Shown here: one piece after another, positions 18,753-28,554 of the stretch
How the letters are laid out: each line of letters begins with the position of its first letter
Numbering within the stretch: the stretch's first letter is position 1
DNA from: Dehalococcoidia bacterium
Lineage (GTDB): Bacteria; Chloroflexota; Dehalococcoidia; Bin125
NCBI GenBank assembly: GCA_963555985.3
Contig: OY820591.1
Span: forward strand, 3,008,001-3,072,000
Length of the DNA: 64,000 nucleotides
Direction of reading: 5' to 3'
Program-made: the position numbers and the translations under genes
The notes under the pieces: model-generated
What the model saw: the letters and a program-made list of their open reading frames with translations, nothing else
Told to the model about the DNA's origin: nothing
Database searches by the model: none

Positions 18753-19714
18753 GCGGAGGCTCCGTCCTCGAGTTGTTGGAGTTGGCGGAAGAGGTCGCGC
18801 TGGGCGTCGCTGAGTTTGTTCGGCAGCCGGAGTTGGACGGTGGCGAGCAGATCGCCGCGTCCCGATTGCTTGAAGCGGGGCATTCCCTGTCCGCTGAGGC
18901 GGAAGACGCGCCCCGACTGGGTACCGGCGGGGATGCGCAGCGCGAGCTGGCCGGTGAGCGTGGCGATCGTGGTCTCGCCGCCCAGCGCGGCGGTAGTCAC
19001 GGGCACCGGGACGTCGACCAGGAGATCGTCGCCGCGGCGCTCGAAGCGGGTGTCGTCGGAGACGTTGATCAGCAGATAGAGATCGCCGGGTGGACCGGCG
19101 GGCGACGGATCGCCTTGACCGCTGATTTTGATTCGGGAGCCGTTGTCCACGCCTGAGGGGATCGTGACCTCGATCCGCTTGCGGTTGTGTGGGGTCTGGA
19201 TCATGCGGGTGGCGCCGTCAAAGGCTTCGCGCAGGCTGACGGTGACGGGATGCTCGCGGTCGCGTCCGCGCGCCGGTGCTGCGGTTCGTCCGCCGAAGAG
19301 GTCGCCGAAGATGCCGCCGAGGTCGCCGAGGTCGCCGCTGTCGAAACTGAACTGGGTTGGTCCGCCGCCGAATCCGGACGGATCAAACCCACCCTGCGCG
19401 AACTGCTCGAAGATGCGCGGATCGACGTTGCCGCTAAAGCCGCCGAATCCGCCCGCGCCCCGCTGCCGCTGCAATTCCTCAAGCTGCTCGGCGTGTTCCC
19501 ACTGCTCGCCCCACTTATCGTAGGCGGCGCGTTTGTCGGTGTTGCCGAGTACGTCGTGGGCGGCGTTGATCGCTTTGAAGCGCTCCTCGGCGTGCTTGTC
19601 GCCGCCGGTCACGTCGGGGTGGTACTGTCGCGCCAGGCGGCGGTAGGCGGCGGTGATGTCGCGTTCGGAGGCGTCCGGGGAGACGCCGAGGGTCTGGTAG
19701 AAGTCGCTAGGCAT
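18749..19714 (-). CDS. J-domain chaperone (CbpA/DnaJ class B, no Zn finger)
   Basis: DFYQTLGV, HPD motif, G/F-rich region, GDLYL, RIPAGTQSG. Confidence 0.92.
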   Translation of the reverse strand: MPSDFYQTLGVSPDASERDITAAYRRLARQYHPDVTGGDKHAEERFKAINAAHDVLGNTDKRAAYDKWGEQWEHAEQLEELQRQRGAGGFGGFSGNVDPRIFEQFAQGGFDPSGFGGGPTQFSFDSGDLGDLGGIFGDLFGGRTAAPARGRDREHPVTVSLREAFDGATRMIQTPHNRKRIEVTIPSGVDNGSRIKISGQGDPSPAGPPGDLYLLINVSDDTRFERRGDDLLVDVPVPVTTAALGGETTIATLTGQLALRIPAGTQSGRVFRLSGQGMPRFKQSGRGDLLATVQLRLPNKLSDAQRDLFRQLQQLEDGASA

Positions 19715-19781
19715 GACGTGCATCCTCTTTGAGTGGAAGCATATCAGGTTCTCGCGTTGGCATATCTGGAATTCGGAAATA

Positions 19782-19802
19782 GTTGATTAGATAACACTAA
19801 AG
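19782..19802. promoter_or_regulatory. HAIR-like HspR operator
   Basis: GTTGATT-N7-ACTAAAG versus consensus CTTGAGT-N7-ACTCAAG (11/14), between divergent J-protein and hsp20 genes. Confidence 0.6.
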
Positions 19803-19806
19803 TTTA

Positions 19807-19835
19807 TTGACGTTGTTTACTCCGCTGCGTACTGT
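19807..19835 (+). promoter_or_regulatory. Putative sigma70 promoter of hsp20
   Basis: TTGACG-17 bp-TACTGT. Confidence 0.65.
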
Positions 19836-19886
19836 GGCCGCAGAGCCGCCGAACCGAATCTCCGGCGGAAGAAAGGACACCCCAAC

Positions 19887-20315
19887 ATGACTCATCTCGC
19901 CGTTCGAGACCCCTTCGCTGCGTTCAGCCCCTTCGCCCGGCGCGCGTTTCCTCGCACCGGCGGCGGCCGCAGTTGGATGCCGGTCAACATCTACGAGACC
20001 GAGGGCGGCGTCGCGATCGATGCCACGCTGCCCGGCTTCGAGCGCGACGACATCGCGGTCACCCACGAGGACGGCCGCCTCACGATCCGCGCCGCGCACG
20101 ATGTGGAATCGTGCGAAGACGAGCGCCACGATCACCAGGACCGCCGCTACCGTCACCGTGAGGTCTACCGACGCCAGCTGGAGCGCAGCTTCGACATCGG
20201 CGACCGCTATGAGGCCGGCACGATTCAGGCCGAGCTGCGCAACGGCGTCCTGCACCTCGAGCTCAAGCGCTCAGGCGAGGCCGAACCGAAGCAGATCGAG
20301 ATCAACGTCAACTGA
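19887..20315 (+). CDS. Small heat-shock protein Hsp20
   Basis: MPVNIYETE, LPGFERDDI, IQAELRNGVLHLEL, PKQIEI; AAGGA RBS. Confidence 0.92.
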   Translation: MTHLAVRDPFAAFSPFARRAFPRTGGGRSWMPVNIYETEGGVAIDATLPGFERDDIAVTHEDGRLTIRAAHDVESCEDERHDHQDRRYRHREVYRRQLERSFDIGDRYEAGTIQAELRNGVLHLELKRSGEAEPKQIEINVN

Positions 20316-20336
20316 GGTCTCGGCGATCCGAGCACA

Positions 20337-20372
20337 GCGGCGAAGCCCCCGCGAGGGGGTTTCGCCGTGTTT
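20337..20372 (+). terminator. Intrinsic terminator after hsp20
   Basis: GCGGCGAAGCCCCC-GCGA-GGGGGTTTCGCCGT hairpin followed by GTTT. Confidence 0.7.
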
Positions 20373-20422
20373 GGCGTTGGTTCCAGCTTGACTCTGAGCG
20401 CCGGCGGCTCCAGTCTGAGGCC

Positions 20423-20974
20423 ATGCCGTCCCGAATGCTCGCCTTGGTGCCGGATGAGCAGGCGCGCGCCCAGATCGATCTGGTGCGCGCGCTCTACGAC
20501 CGCGAGCGGGTGGACGGCACCCCGCCGCATGTGCCCTTGACCAACGGTCTGGACTCCCACTACCCGCTGGATGATTTGCAGCAGATGCTGGAGATCATCC
20601 TGGGCGTCTTTCGGCCCTTCATGCTGGAACTCGGCGAGGCAGTCGCCTGGTACGACGATGGGGAGCATCTGCTGCAAGTAGTAGCGCTGCAAGGGAGCGA
20701 GGACGCGCAGCGGATCGCGGGCGCGATCTACCGCGACCTGTTCCCCGAGCAGACGCCGCAGCCGCCGTTCCGGTCGCGCTCACCCCTGGAGCGGACGACG
20801 CTCACGCTGGGGCGGTTCGGGCGCGAACGCGAGGCGGCCGACGCGGTTACGGCGCTAGCTGCGCAGCGCTACTTCCTGGTCGTGACGCACGCGGGGATCT
20901 TCGACGAAGAGGAAGGCGGCGGCTGGCGTCTCCGGCGCGCCCTGCCGCTCGGCGGGATGGTGGCCGACGTCTAG
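20423..20974 (+). CDS. 2H-phosphoesterase / 2'-5' RNA ligase-like protein (degenerate motifs)
   Basis: PPHVPL first motif, FRPFMLEL, TLTLGR at second motif position, W...LPL C-terminus. Confidence 0.6.
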   Translation: MPSRMLALVPDEQARAQIDLVRALYDRERVDGTPPHVPLTNGLDSHYPLDDLQQMLEIILGVFRPFMLELGEAVAWYDDGEHLLQVVALQGSEDAQRIAGAIYRDLFPEQTPQPPFRSRSPLERTTLTLGRFGREREAADAVTALAAQRYFLVVTHAGIFDEEEGGGWRLRRALPLGGMVADV

Positions 20975-21061
20975 CGGCCTGCCGGAAGTGGCAACGTATC
21001 CACTCGCATCCTCTCCCCCGCATCGCGGCACCTGTCCCCGCGTAGGGAGAGCTTTGCCTAA

Positions 21062-21176
21062 GTCATACCCGCGCTTGCCGTGGAGCCTGTCCCCGTCCTG
21101 TGGGATATCTCGCTGTGATCTGCACCGTCGTCGCGCACACGGCGAGATTGCCGCGGCGGAGCGCGGCAATGACGGA
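21062..21176. repeat. REP doublet (REPIN-like), family A
   Basis: GTCATACCCGCGCTTGCC...ATCTCG spacer CGAGATTGCCGCGGCGGAGCGCGGCAATGAC; spacer resembles 48360-48395. Confidence 0.8.
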
Positions 21177-21370
21177 AACATCGACTCGCGCAAAGCTCTC
21201 CGCAAGCAGGGGCAACAGAGGAGGTCCGGCCACCCCCAACCCAACTGTGACCCCCGCAACATCTCGCCCACAATCCAGATCCGCCACAGAACGCCCGTCC
21301 GTATACGATCAACCCCGCTCACCCCCGCGACCGCAACCGACGGAACCCCCCATGACCGCCAACACCGAAT

Positions 21371-21526
21371 CTAGACAGACCTGGACAAACCTGTACGCAC
21401 GCCCCAATTCCGCTCCAATCAGCCCCAAATCCAGCCGAATCGGGACTTTTCTGGACAAATCCGGACTACCTGACGCCCAATTCCCCGCCTACGACCGCAT
21501 ATTCACCTCTCCCGCCCAAAAAAATC
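21371..21526 (+). repeat. 10-bp-phased repeat element (GGAC motif) with A-tract
   Basis: CTAGACAGAC CTGGACAAAC CTGTACGCAC ... CGGGACTTTT CTGGACAAAT CCGGACTACC ... CGCCCAAAAAAA. Confidence 0.6.
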
Positions 21527-21674
21527 TTCCACCCGCCCTGAGGATGTTGCAACGGTCTCCGGGCCGGGACGGAGATTGGCGGCTTCTGCACTCAGCACGG
21601 GCGATGTCAGGTACCCTCAGAGCAGTCGCGGCGTTCGGGTCTGCCGCGTGTTCGCGATCGCGTGGGGGTGTGTC

Positions 21675-22376
21675 ATGCCGGTCGTTACCGTATCGAGTCA
21701 GTACGGCGGAGGCGCGCGCGATGTCGCGCGCCGCCTGAGTCGGCAGATGGGCTTGGAGTACATCGACCAAACCGTGCTGGTCGATGCCTCGCGGCAGTTG
21801 GGCCGGACCGTGACGGAGGTGGCCGAGAAGGACGAGCGCACCGATTCGCTGCGCGCCCGCTTGGGCCACTTTTTGCAGCGGGCGCTGGAACGCTCGGCCG
21901 CCGGCGGCGCCATCGATCCGATGCTCGGCTCGGGCAACCTTGAGCTGATGCTCTCGCAGAGCTACCAGGAGCTCTCCGACGGCGGCTCCGGAGTGGTGGA
22001 CGACCGCGCGATCCTGGCGACGACCAGCCAGATCATCGAGTCGATTGCGCAGCGCGGGGATGTCGTGATTATCGGCCGGGGCAGTCAGATGATCCTGCGC
22101 GGCGATCCGAGCGCGACGCATGTCCAGCTGGTGGCGGAACCCGCTCTGGCGTTGGCGCGAGTACAGGAGTGGGAAGGCGTCGATGCCGAGACAGCGGCGC
22201 GCCGGATCGAGGAATTCAACAAGGGCCGGGCCGAATTCCACAAGAAATTCTGGCAAGTCGATGTCTGGTCGCCCGTCTTGTACGACCTCGTGATCAACAC
22301 GACCCACGTGAGCTACGCGCAGGCGGTGGAGTTGATCGCGGAAGTGGCGGAGATGAAAGCGGGCGCGAGGGTCTAG
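21675..22376 (+). CDS. Cytidylate kinase-like family protein
   Basis: VVTVSSQYGGGAR, GDVVIIGRGSQMIL, YDLVINT. Confidence 0.85.
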   Translation: MPVVTVSSQYGGGARDVARRLSRQMGLEYIDQTVLVDASRQLGRTVTEVAEKDERTDSLRARLGHFLQRALERSAAGGAIDPMLGSGNLELMLSQSYQELSDGGSGVVDDRAILATTSQIIESIAQRGDVVIIGRGSQMILRGDPSATHVQLVAEPALALARVQEWEGVDAETAARRIEEFNKGRAEFHKKFWQVDVWSPVLYDLVINTTHVSYAQAVELIAEVAEMKAGARV

Positions 22377-22666
22377 CGCCCGCCGCTGCGAGCCAGCGAG
22401 CGGAGCACGGCTTCAGCCGCCTCCAGACGCGGGGCCATCCCGAAGGGTCCGTGAATTTGCAGGCCCTCGGAATCGATCCGCTCGCGCGGGCCGATCGCTT
22501 CGCGGTATTGAGCCAGCGCAGGGTGATCTTCGCCGAGCAGATCGGTCAGCAATTCTTCGGCGGAGTCGCGCCAGCGCATGAAGTCGTCGGTAGTGGGACC
22601 GATCGCGCGGATGTAGCGGGCACGTTCGAGCAGGTCATTGATGAGCGTGTTGGCGTCCATGGGCAA
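22373..22666 (-). CDS. Hypothetical protein
   Basis: Plausible helical 95-97 aa ORF overlapping the convergent stop. Confidence 0.6.
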   Translation of the reverse strand: MPMDANTLINDLLERARYIRAIGPTTDDFMRWRDSAEELLTDLLGEDHPALAQYREAIGPRERIDSEGLQIHGPFGMAPRLEAAEAVLRSLARSGGR

Positions 22667-22690
22667 AGTGTAGCGGAGGGATTGGAGGTC

Positions 22691-22735
22691 TCCGTCATTG
22701 CCGCGCTCCGCCGCGGCAAGCGCGGGTATGACGGA
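22691..22735. repeat. REP family A, fused doublet lacking spacer
   Basis: TCCGTCATTGCCGCGCTCCGCCGCGGCAAGCGCGGGTATGACGGAG. Confidence 0.8.
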
Positions 22736-22773
22736 GTTGTAGGTGTGGGTATGGCAGTGGTCTACCGGATCTC

Positions 22774-23358
22774 CTAGGCCGGCCAGTGCTCGAGCGATGC
22801 CCCCGCACGGTCACGCCAATCGAGGCGCAGCCCAGCCGGATAAGCAACTGCTAGGGGTCGCGGCAGTCTGCATGTGAGCCGCGCGGGGACGGGGCCGTCC
22901 ATCAGGATCGCGGTTTCGTTGGGGTGCTCGTAGAAGTGGGGGCGTTCTCCCACGGCTCGGAAGCCGTGTCGTTGATAGAGGCGTTGCGCGGCGAGATTCG
23001 ATTGGCGCACTTCGAGCTCGATGGTGTCGATCTCGAGCCGTTGGGCGAGACGGAAGAGCGTTTGCAGGAGCAGCGCGCCCAAGCCTTGCCGTTGATGTTC
23101 TGGGTTGACGGCGAAGTTGGCGAGATGCAGCTGATTGGGCAGGCTCCAGCAGACGAAGTAGCCAAGCAGCCGCTCGGCATTGAGCGGAATCTCCCGATCG
23201 GCGCAGAGCAGGTAGAGGATGCTGATCCGCGACTCGATCAGCTCGGTCTCGAATGCGGCTTCGCTCCAGGCCGAGCGAGCGAAGATGCGGCGGTCAAGTG
23301 CGGCGACGACGGGGACGTCATCCAGGCTGAGATGACGAAGGGTGAGATTGGCGGTGAT
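22774..23358 (-). CDS. rimI: GNAT N-acetyltransferase, RimI-like; start codon unclear
   Basis: LRHLSLDDVPVVAALDRRIF..AWSEAAF, LHLANFAVNPEHQRQGLG, LEVRQSNLAAQRLYQRHGF..VGERPHFY; frame open upstream of the track's TTG. Confidence 0.8.
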   Translation of the reverse strand: MTANLTLRHLSLDDVPVVAALDRRIFARSAWSEAAFETELIESRISILYLLCADREIPLNAERLLGYFVCWSLPNQLHLANFAVNPEHQRQGLGALLLQTLFRLAQRLEIDTIELEVRQSNLAAQRLYQRHGFRAVGERPHFYEHPNETAILMDGPVPARLTCRLPRPLAVAYPAGLRLDWRDRAGASLEHWPA

Positions 23359-23523
23359 GGCGGCGTCTCTGTGCTGGTGAGGGCGGAAGATGGCTTGCGG
23401 GTGTGAGAGTTGCCTGCGAGATAGGGGCGGGTTGGGCAGACCTCTATAATGCCTGTGGACTATGAGCTTATTCGACCTGCGTTCCGCCGGAGCGTCTTTC
23501 CATCAACCGGCTGGAGCGAGACC

Positions 23524-25404
23524 GTGACCGCCCTCTCTGCCAGTGCTCCGCGCGCGCGATGGCCGCGCATGCCCGCCTCGGTGATCACCGTCGGGCGGAT
23601 CATGCGCTTCGCCCTTCCCTACTGGAAGGGCCTGCTGATCACGATGATCGCGATTCTGGCCACGGCCGGCTTCGCGGTGGCGACGCCGGTGCTTTTGCGC
23701 TGGGCTGTGGACACCGCAATCGACACCAGGATCGTCAACGGCGACACCGTTGTTGGAGTCACCGGCTGGCTGGTCGCGGTTGCGGGCGTGGCGCTGGTCG
23801 GCGCCGCCGTGCTGCGCGGTACCACGATGTTCATCCAGCGTTACCTGGCCGAATGGGTCGGCCAGACCGTCGCCTACGACCTCCGCAACGCGATTTACCA
23901 ACGCCTGCAAACACTCTCGTTCCGCTTCCACGACGGCGCGGAGACCGGTCAGATCATGGTGCGCGCGACTCAGGATGTCGAAGTGGTGCGGATGTTCATC
24001 AACTTCGGCGGTGTGCAGCTGACCTTCACGGTCGTGCTCACGGTCGTGACTGCGGTGCTGATGCTGGCGACGAACTGGCCGCTGACGCTGATGATCTGGG
24101 GAATTCTGATCGTGATTTCGGCGCGCTCCGCGATCGTCGCGCGGCAGCTGCGCCCGATCTGGAACGATGTGCAGGAGTCGCAGGCGCGGCTGGGGATCGT
24201 GCTCCAGGAGGCGCTCTCGGGCATCCGCGTGGTGAAGGCGTTCGGACGCGCCGATTTCGAGGGCAAGAAGTTTGGCCGCGCAGCGGGCTGGTTGCAGCAG
24301 CGCTCCTACGACGCCTCCATGGTGCAGGCGGTGAATATGCCGCTGATGACCGCGCTCGGGGCACTGGCGGTGGTGATCACGATCTGGTACGGCGGACGCC
24401 AGGTGATCAACGGCAGTCTCACGGTCGGCGATCTGACCATGTTCCTGATGTACCTCACCATCTTGCAGATGCCGATTCGCGGTCTCGGCTGGATGGTGAT
24501 GATGGTCCCCCGCGCGGCGACGGCGGGTGTGCGCATCTTCGAGATTCTCGATCAGGAGTCGGAAGTGCAGGATCGTCCCGGCGCAGCTGCGCCGACGAAC
24601 CCGCGAGGAGCGCTGCACTTTGACAACGTTGCATTCGCCTACGATCCGCGCTCGCCGGTTCTGCACGGGATCGAGTTAGAAGCCAGACCCGGCGAGTTGA
24701 TCGCCCTGCTTGGACGAACCGGGTCGGGCAAATCGACGATCGTGAACCTGATTCCGCGTTTCTACGACGTCAGCCAGGGCGCTGTCCGCTTCGACGATGT
24801 GGATGTGCGCGATTGGCCGCTCGAAGAACTCCGCCGACAGGTCGCGATCGTGCAGCAGGAAGTGTTCCTCTTCGCCGCCTCACTGAAGGAGAACATCGCC
24901 TACGGCCGCCCTGACGCGACGGACGAGGAGATTGAAGCGGCGGCGAAGCTGGCGCGGATTCACCACTTCATCAACCGTCTGCCGGAGAAGTACGACACTT
25001 GGGTGGGAGAGCGGGGCGCGAATTTCTCCGGCGGTCAGAAGCAGCGGATCGCGATCGCGCGGGCTCTGCTGATGGACCCGCGTGTGCTGATCTTTGACGA
25101 CTCCACCTCCAGCGTGGACGCGGCCACCGAGTTTGAGATCCAGCAGGCGATGGCGGCGCTGATGCGCGGTCGCACGACCTTCGTGATCGCGCACCGCCTG
25201 CGCTCCGTGCGTGAAGCCGATCAAATCCTGGTGCTTGACCAGGGCCGGATCGTACAGCGCGGCAAGCATCACGAATTGCTCGAAGAGGGCGGTCTCTACC
25301 GCGAGATCTATGAGCTGGAGCTGCGCGATCAGGAGTCCGCCGCCGAGTCCGAATCCGGAGAGCCGGTCGAAGCGGCTGTCGCAGCCGCGGGCGGGAGCAG
25401 CTAA
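23524..25404 (+). CDS. ABC exporter fused permease/ATPase, subunit 1
   Basis: TM domain, GRTGSGKS, FSGGQKQR, IFDDSTS (degenerate Walker B), AHRL; GTG start after GGAG, TATAAT at 23445. Confidence 0.92.
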   Translation: MTALSASAPRARWPRMPASVITVGRIMRFALPYWKGLLITMIAILATAGFAVATPVLLRWAVDTAIDTRIVNGDTVVGVTGWLVAVAGVALVGAAVLRGTTMFIQRYLAEWVGQTVAYDLRNAIYQRLQTLSFRFHDGAETGQIMVRATQDVEVVRMFINFGGVQLTFTVVLTVVTAVLMLATNWPLTLMIWGILIVISARSAIVARQLRPIWNDVQESQARLGIVLQEALSGIRVVKAFGRADFEGKKFGRAAGWLQQRSYDASMVQAVNMPLMTALGALAVVITIWYGGRQVINGSLTVGDLTMFLMYLTILQMPIRGLGWMVMMVPRAATAGVRIFEILDQESEVQDRPGAAAPTNPRGALHFDNVAFAYDPRSPVLHGIELEARPGELIALLGRTGSGKSTIVNLIPRFYDVSQGAVRFDDVDVRDWPLEELRRQVAIVQQEVFLFAASLKENIAYGRPDATDEEIEAAAKLARIHHFINRLPEKYDTWVGERGANFSGGQKQRIAIARALLMDPRVLIFDDSTSSVDAATEFEIQQAMAALMRGRTTFVIAHRLRSVREADQILVLDQGRIVQRGKHHELLEEGGLYREIYELELRDQESAAESESGEPVEAAVAAAGGSS

Positions 25405-27416
25405 TGGGCATGATGGGCGGCGGGATGGCGGGCGGCTGGTCGTCCAATCTGGGCGGCGGCGGTCACGGTCCGCGCAGCGGTTGGGCCAGTTCGCGCATGT
25501 CCACCGACGGCTGGGAGAAGGAATACGGCACTCTCTACAACCCGCAGTTGGTGCGCCGCTTCGGTCGCTACATCGCTCCGCACAAGAAGCGTCTGTTTGC
25601 GGCAATCGCGGCGAATGCGCTCTTCGCCGTCGCGTTCAACATCCAGGTGTTCGTGGTCTATCAGGCCGTACAGGGCGCGCTCGATGAGGGTGTGCTCTCA
25701 ACCCTCGATTGGATTGCCGGCGCGTTCCTCGCGATCGTCGTCCTCTCCTGGCTGACGGAGTTCTTACGCCAATGGCTGATGGCCAACGTCGGACATCCGA
25801 TCCTGCGCAAGATGCGCCAGGACGTGTTTGATCACCTAATGCGACTAGAACATCGCTTCTATGACCGCGGCGAAGTCGGCGCGATCATGTCGCGCGTCAC
25901 CTCCGATGTACAGGTCTTGCAAGAGATGCTGACCAGCGGCGTGCTGACCGTGATCGGCGATATTTTCGGACTCGTGATCATCATGGCGGTGATGCTGGTG
26001 ATCGACTGGCAACTCGCGCTGGTGGCGTTCGCGGTGCTGCCGATTCTGGTGGTGGCGATGGCCTGGTGGAGCAAGCGCGCGCGGCGGGTGTTCCTGGAGA
26101 CGCGGGTGGCGATTGCGGCAGTCAACTCGACCTTGAACGAAGACCTCAACGGCGTGCGCGTCGTGCAAAGCCTCAACCGCGAAGGCGAGAACGCGCGCCG
26201 CTTCGACCGGATTAACAACTGGAACCTGCGCGCGACCCGCCGGGCGGGAATGCTCTCGGCGGCGATCATGCCGCTGGTGGAGATCCTGATCGCGGTGGCG
26301 ACGGCGCTGATCATCGTCGTGGCAGCGATCCGGCTGAGCAATGGCTCGATCACTGAGGAGGTCGGCATCGCGGCGATCATCGCGTTTGCGATCGGGATTC
26401 AGCGCTTCTTCGACCCCGTTCGGGATCTGGTTCTGCAATACACGATGTTCCAGCGCGCGATGGCGGGCGCCGAGCGAGTGTTCGAGGTGCTGGACACGCC
26501 GCCGGAAATTGAGGACGCCGCCGATGCACGAGACCTGCCCGATATCGCCGGACATGTGCAGTTCGACAATGTCTCGCTGGAGTACGTGGAGGATGTGCGG
26601 GTGCTCTTCGATCTCGATCTGGAAGTCCAACCCGGTGAGACCGTCGCTCTGGTGGGCGAAACTGGAGCGGGCAAGACTTCGATCACCTCGCTGATTACGC
26701 GCAACTACGAGGTCACTGAGGGGGCCGTGCGGATCGACGGCAACGATGTGCGCGAGGTGACGCGGGCCTCGTTGGTGCATCGCGTGGGCGTGGTGCTGCA
26801 AGACCCCTTCCTATTCTCCGGCACGGTGCTTGAAAACATCATGTACGGAAATCTGGAGGCGACGCGGGAGCAGGCGATCGCGGCGGCGGAAGTCGTCGGC
26901 GCGCACGAGTGGATCATGCGTCTGCCGCAGGGTTACGACACGCCGCTGGCGGAACGGGCGCAGAATCTGTCGATCGGGCAGCGTCAGCTCGTCGCGTTTG
27001 CGCGGGCGATTCTCTCCGACCCGCGCATTCTGATTCTGGATGAGGCGACTGCGAACGTGGACTCGCAGACCGAAGCGCTGATTCAGCAGGCGATTGCACG
27101 AGTGCTGCGGGGACGCACCGCGTTCGTGATTGCGCACCGATTGAGCACGATCCGCTCGGTGGATCGGATCATCGTGCTCGAATACGGCCGAATCATGGAG
27201 ATGGGTTCGCACGACGAACTGCTTGATCTGGACGGCTACTACGCCAAGCTCTACCGGATGATGTACGCGGAGCAGGAGAGCGTCGAGTTCGACGAGGATG
27301 CGGCGTTGGCGGTGCTGGACCGGATGCGGGAACGGACGAGCGCGAACGGTCGCAATGGCGCCAATGGCGCCGGCGCTCGCACAGAGTCAAACGAACCAGC
27401 CCTCGCCCTCGACTGA
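25404..27416 (+). CDS. ABC exporter fused permease/ATPase, subunit 2
   Basis: GETGAGKT, LSIGQRQ (degenerate signature), ILDEAT; TAATG coupling, heterodimeric exporter pattern. Confidence 0.92.
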   Translation: MGMMGGGMAGGWSSNLGGGGHGPRSGWASSRMSTDGWEKEYGTLYNPQLVRRFGRYIAPHKKRLFAAIAANALFAVAFNIQVFVVYQAVQGALDEGVLSTLDWIAGAFLAIVVLSWLTEFLRQWLMANVGHPILRKMRQDVFDHLMRLEHRFYDRGEVGAIMSRVTSDVQVLQEMLTSGVLTVIGDIFGLVIIMAVMLVIDWQLALVAFAVLPILVVAMAWWSKRARRVFLETRVAIAAVNSTLNEDLNGVRVVQSLNREGENARRFDRINNWNLRATRRAGMLSAAIMPLVEILIAVATALIIVVAAIRLSNGSITEEVGIAAIIAFAIGIQRFFDPVRDLVLQYTMFQRAMAGAERVFEVLDTPPEIEDAADARDLPDIAGHVQFDNVSLEYVEDVRVLFDLDLEVQPGETVALVGETGAGKTSITSLITRNYEVTEGAVRIDGNDVREVTRASLVHRVGVVLQDPFLFSGTVLENIMYGNLEATREQAIAAAEVVGAHEWIMRLPQGYDTPLAERAQNLSIGQRQLVAFARAILSDPRILILDEATANVDSQTEALIQQAIARVLRGRTAFVIAHRLSTIRSVDRIIVLEYGRIMEMGSHDELLDLDGYYAKLYRMMYAEQESVEFDEDAALAVLDRMRERTSANGRNGANGAGARTESNEPALALD

Positions 27417-27514
27417 CACTCAGCACCTCTCCCTCTGGAGACCTGCGCGTACATCATTGATCGTCGGGATTCGATCTGTCTTCGTGCTTGCTGAGCAGAT
27501 AGCCGGATGGATTC

Positions 27515-28554
27515 CCTAGTCTCACAGACGAAGTGCGACAGATGATTGAGGTGAGCCCATGGGCGCGCAGTACACGCAGTTGGACCTGGCGGAGCGATGC
27601 GCGGTTGCCCGCTTACAGGCCGAGGGGCGCTCGATCCGGCAGATCGCTGCAGCTCTGGATCGCTCGCCATCGACGATTGCTCGAGAGCTGAAACGCAACA
27701 CGGCGCGCGACGGCTACCGTCCCGACTACGCCCAGCAACAGGCCCAGGCGCGGCGCTGGCGCGGTTCGCGGCTGGAACGCGACGATCAGCTGCGCGCGCG
27801 GGTGCTGCGCGAGTTGGCCCGCGGGCTCTCGCCGCAACAGGTCGCAGGCCGGCTGGCGCGCGAGGCGGGCGCGCCGGTGATCTCGCACGAGAGCATCTAC
27901 CGCTTCATCTACGCCCAAGCCTCGCGGGCCAAGCCCGGCCGCGGCGGCGGTTGGCGCCAGTATCTGCCGCGGCGCAAGGCGAAACGCGGTTGGCGCGGGC
28001 GCAAAGGCGGCAGTTCGGTCGAGCGCATCCAACTGCGGCGGCCCCTGAGCGAGCGCCCGGCGGCGGCCGCCGGGCGGCTCGAAGCCGGTCACTGGGAGGC
28101 CGACCTGATGCTCTTCGGGCGCGGCGGTCCGCTCCTGCTGATGCTGCACGAGCGCTCCTCGCGGCTGCTCGTGGGCTTGCCCGTGGCGGGCAAGGCGGCC
28201 GCTCCGGTCGCGCGCCTGCTGCTCAGCCTGCTCCGCGCCTGGCCGCCCGCCCTGCGGCGCACGGTCGCGTTCGACAACGGGACCGAGTTCGCCCGCCACT
28301 ACGAACTGCACCGGCTGGGCGTGGAGACCTTCTTCTGCGACCCCTACGCGCCCTGGCAGAAGGGCGGGATCGAGAATGCGATCGGACGCCTGCGCCGGGT
28401 CCTGCCGCGCCGGCTCGACCTCGCCCAACTCAGCCTCGCGCGTTTGATCGAAGTGCTGCAGTTGTACAACAACACCCCCCGCCAGTGCCTCGACTACCTC
28501 TCCCCGGCCGAAGTCTTCGGTCGGCAGTTGTTGCAGTTGCAATGTGAACCCACC
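27515..28554 (+). mobile_element. IS30-family insertion sequence, copy 2 (1040 bp)
   Basis: Flanked by TTC/TTC (27512-14, 28555-57) inside REP TGGATTCCCGCCTGCGCGGGAATGAC. Confidence 0.92.

Noticed and set aside
21100-21738. Protein-coding interpretation of the C/A-rich region upstream of the kinase-like gene
   Set aside because: Low-complexity translation spanning REPs and overlapping the next gene out of frame; the 10-bp period is not codon-based
8381-27514. Composite transposon or inversion between the two inverted IS30 copies
   Set aside because: Each copy has its own 3-bp duplication inside a restorable REP, the enclosed genes are housekeeping, and skew looks the same inside and outside. 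Identical duplications mean inversion cannot be formally excluded.
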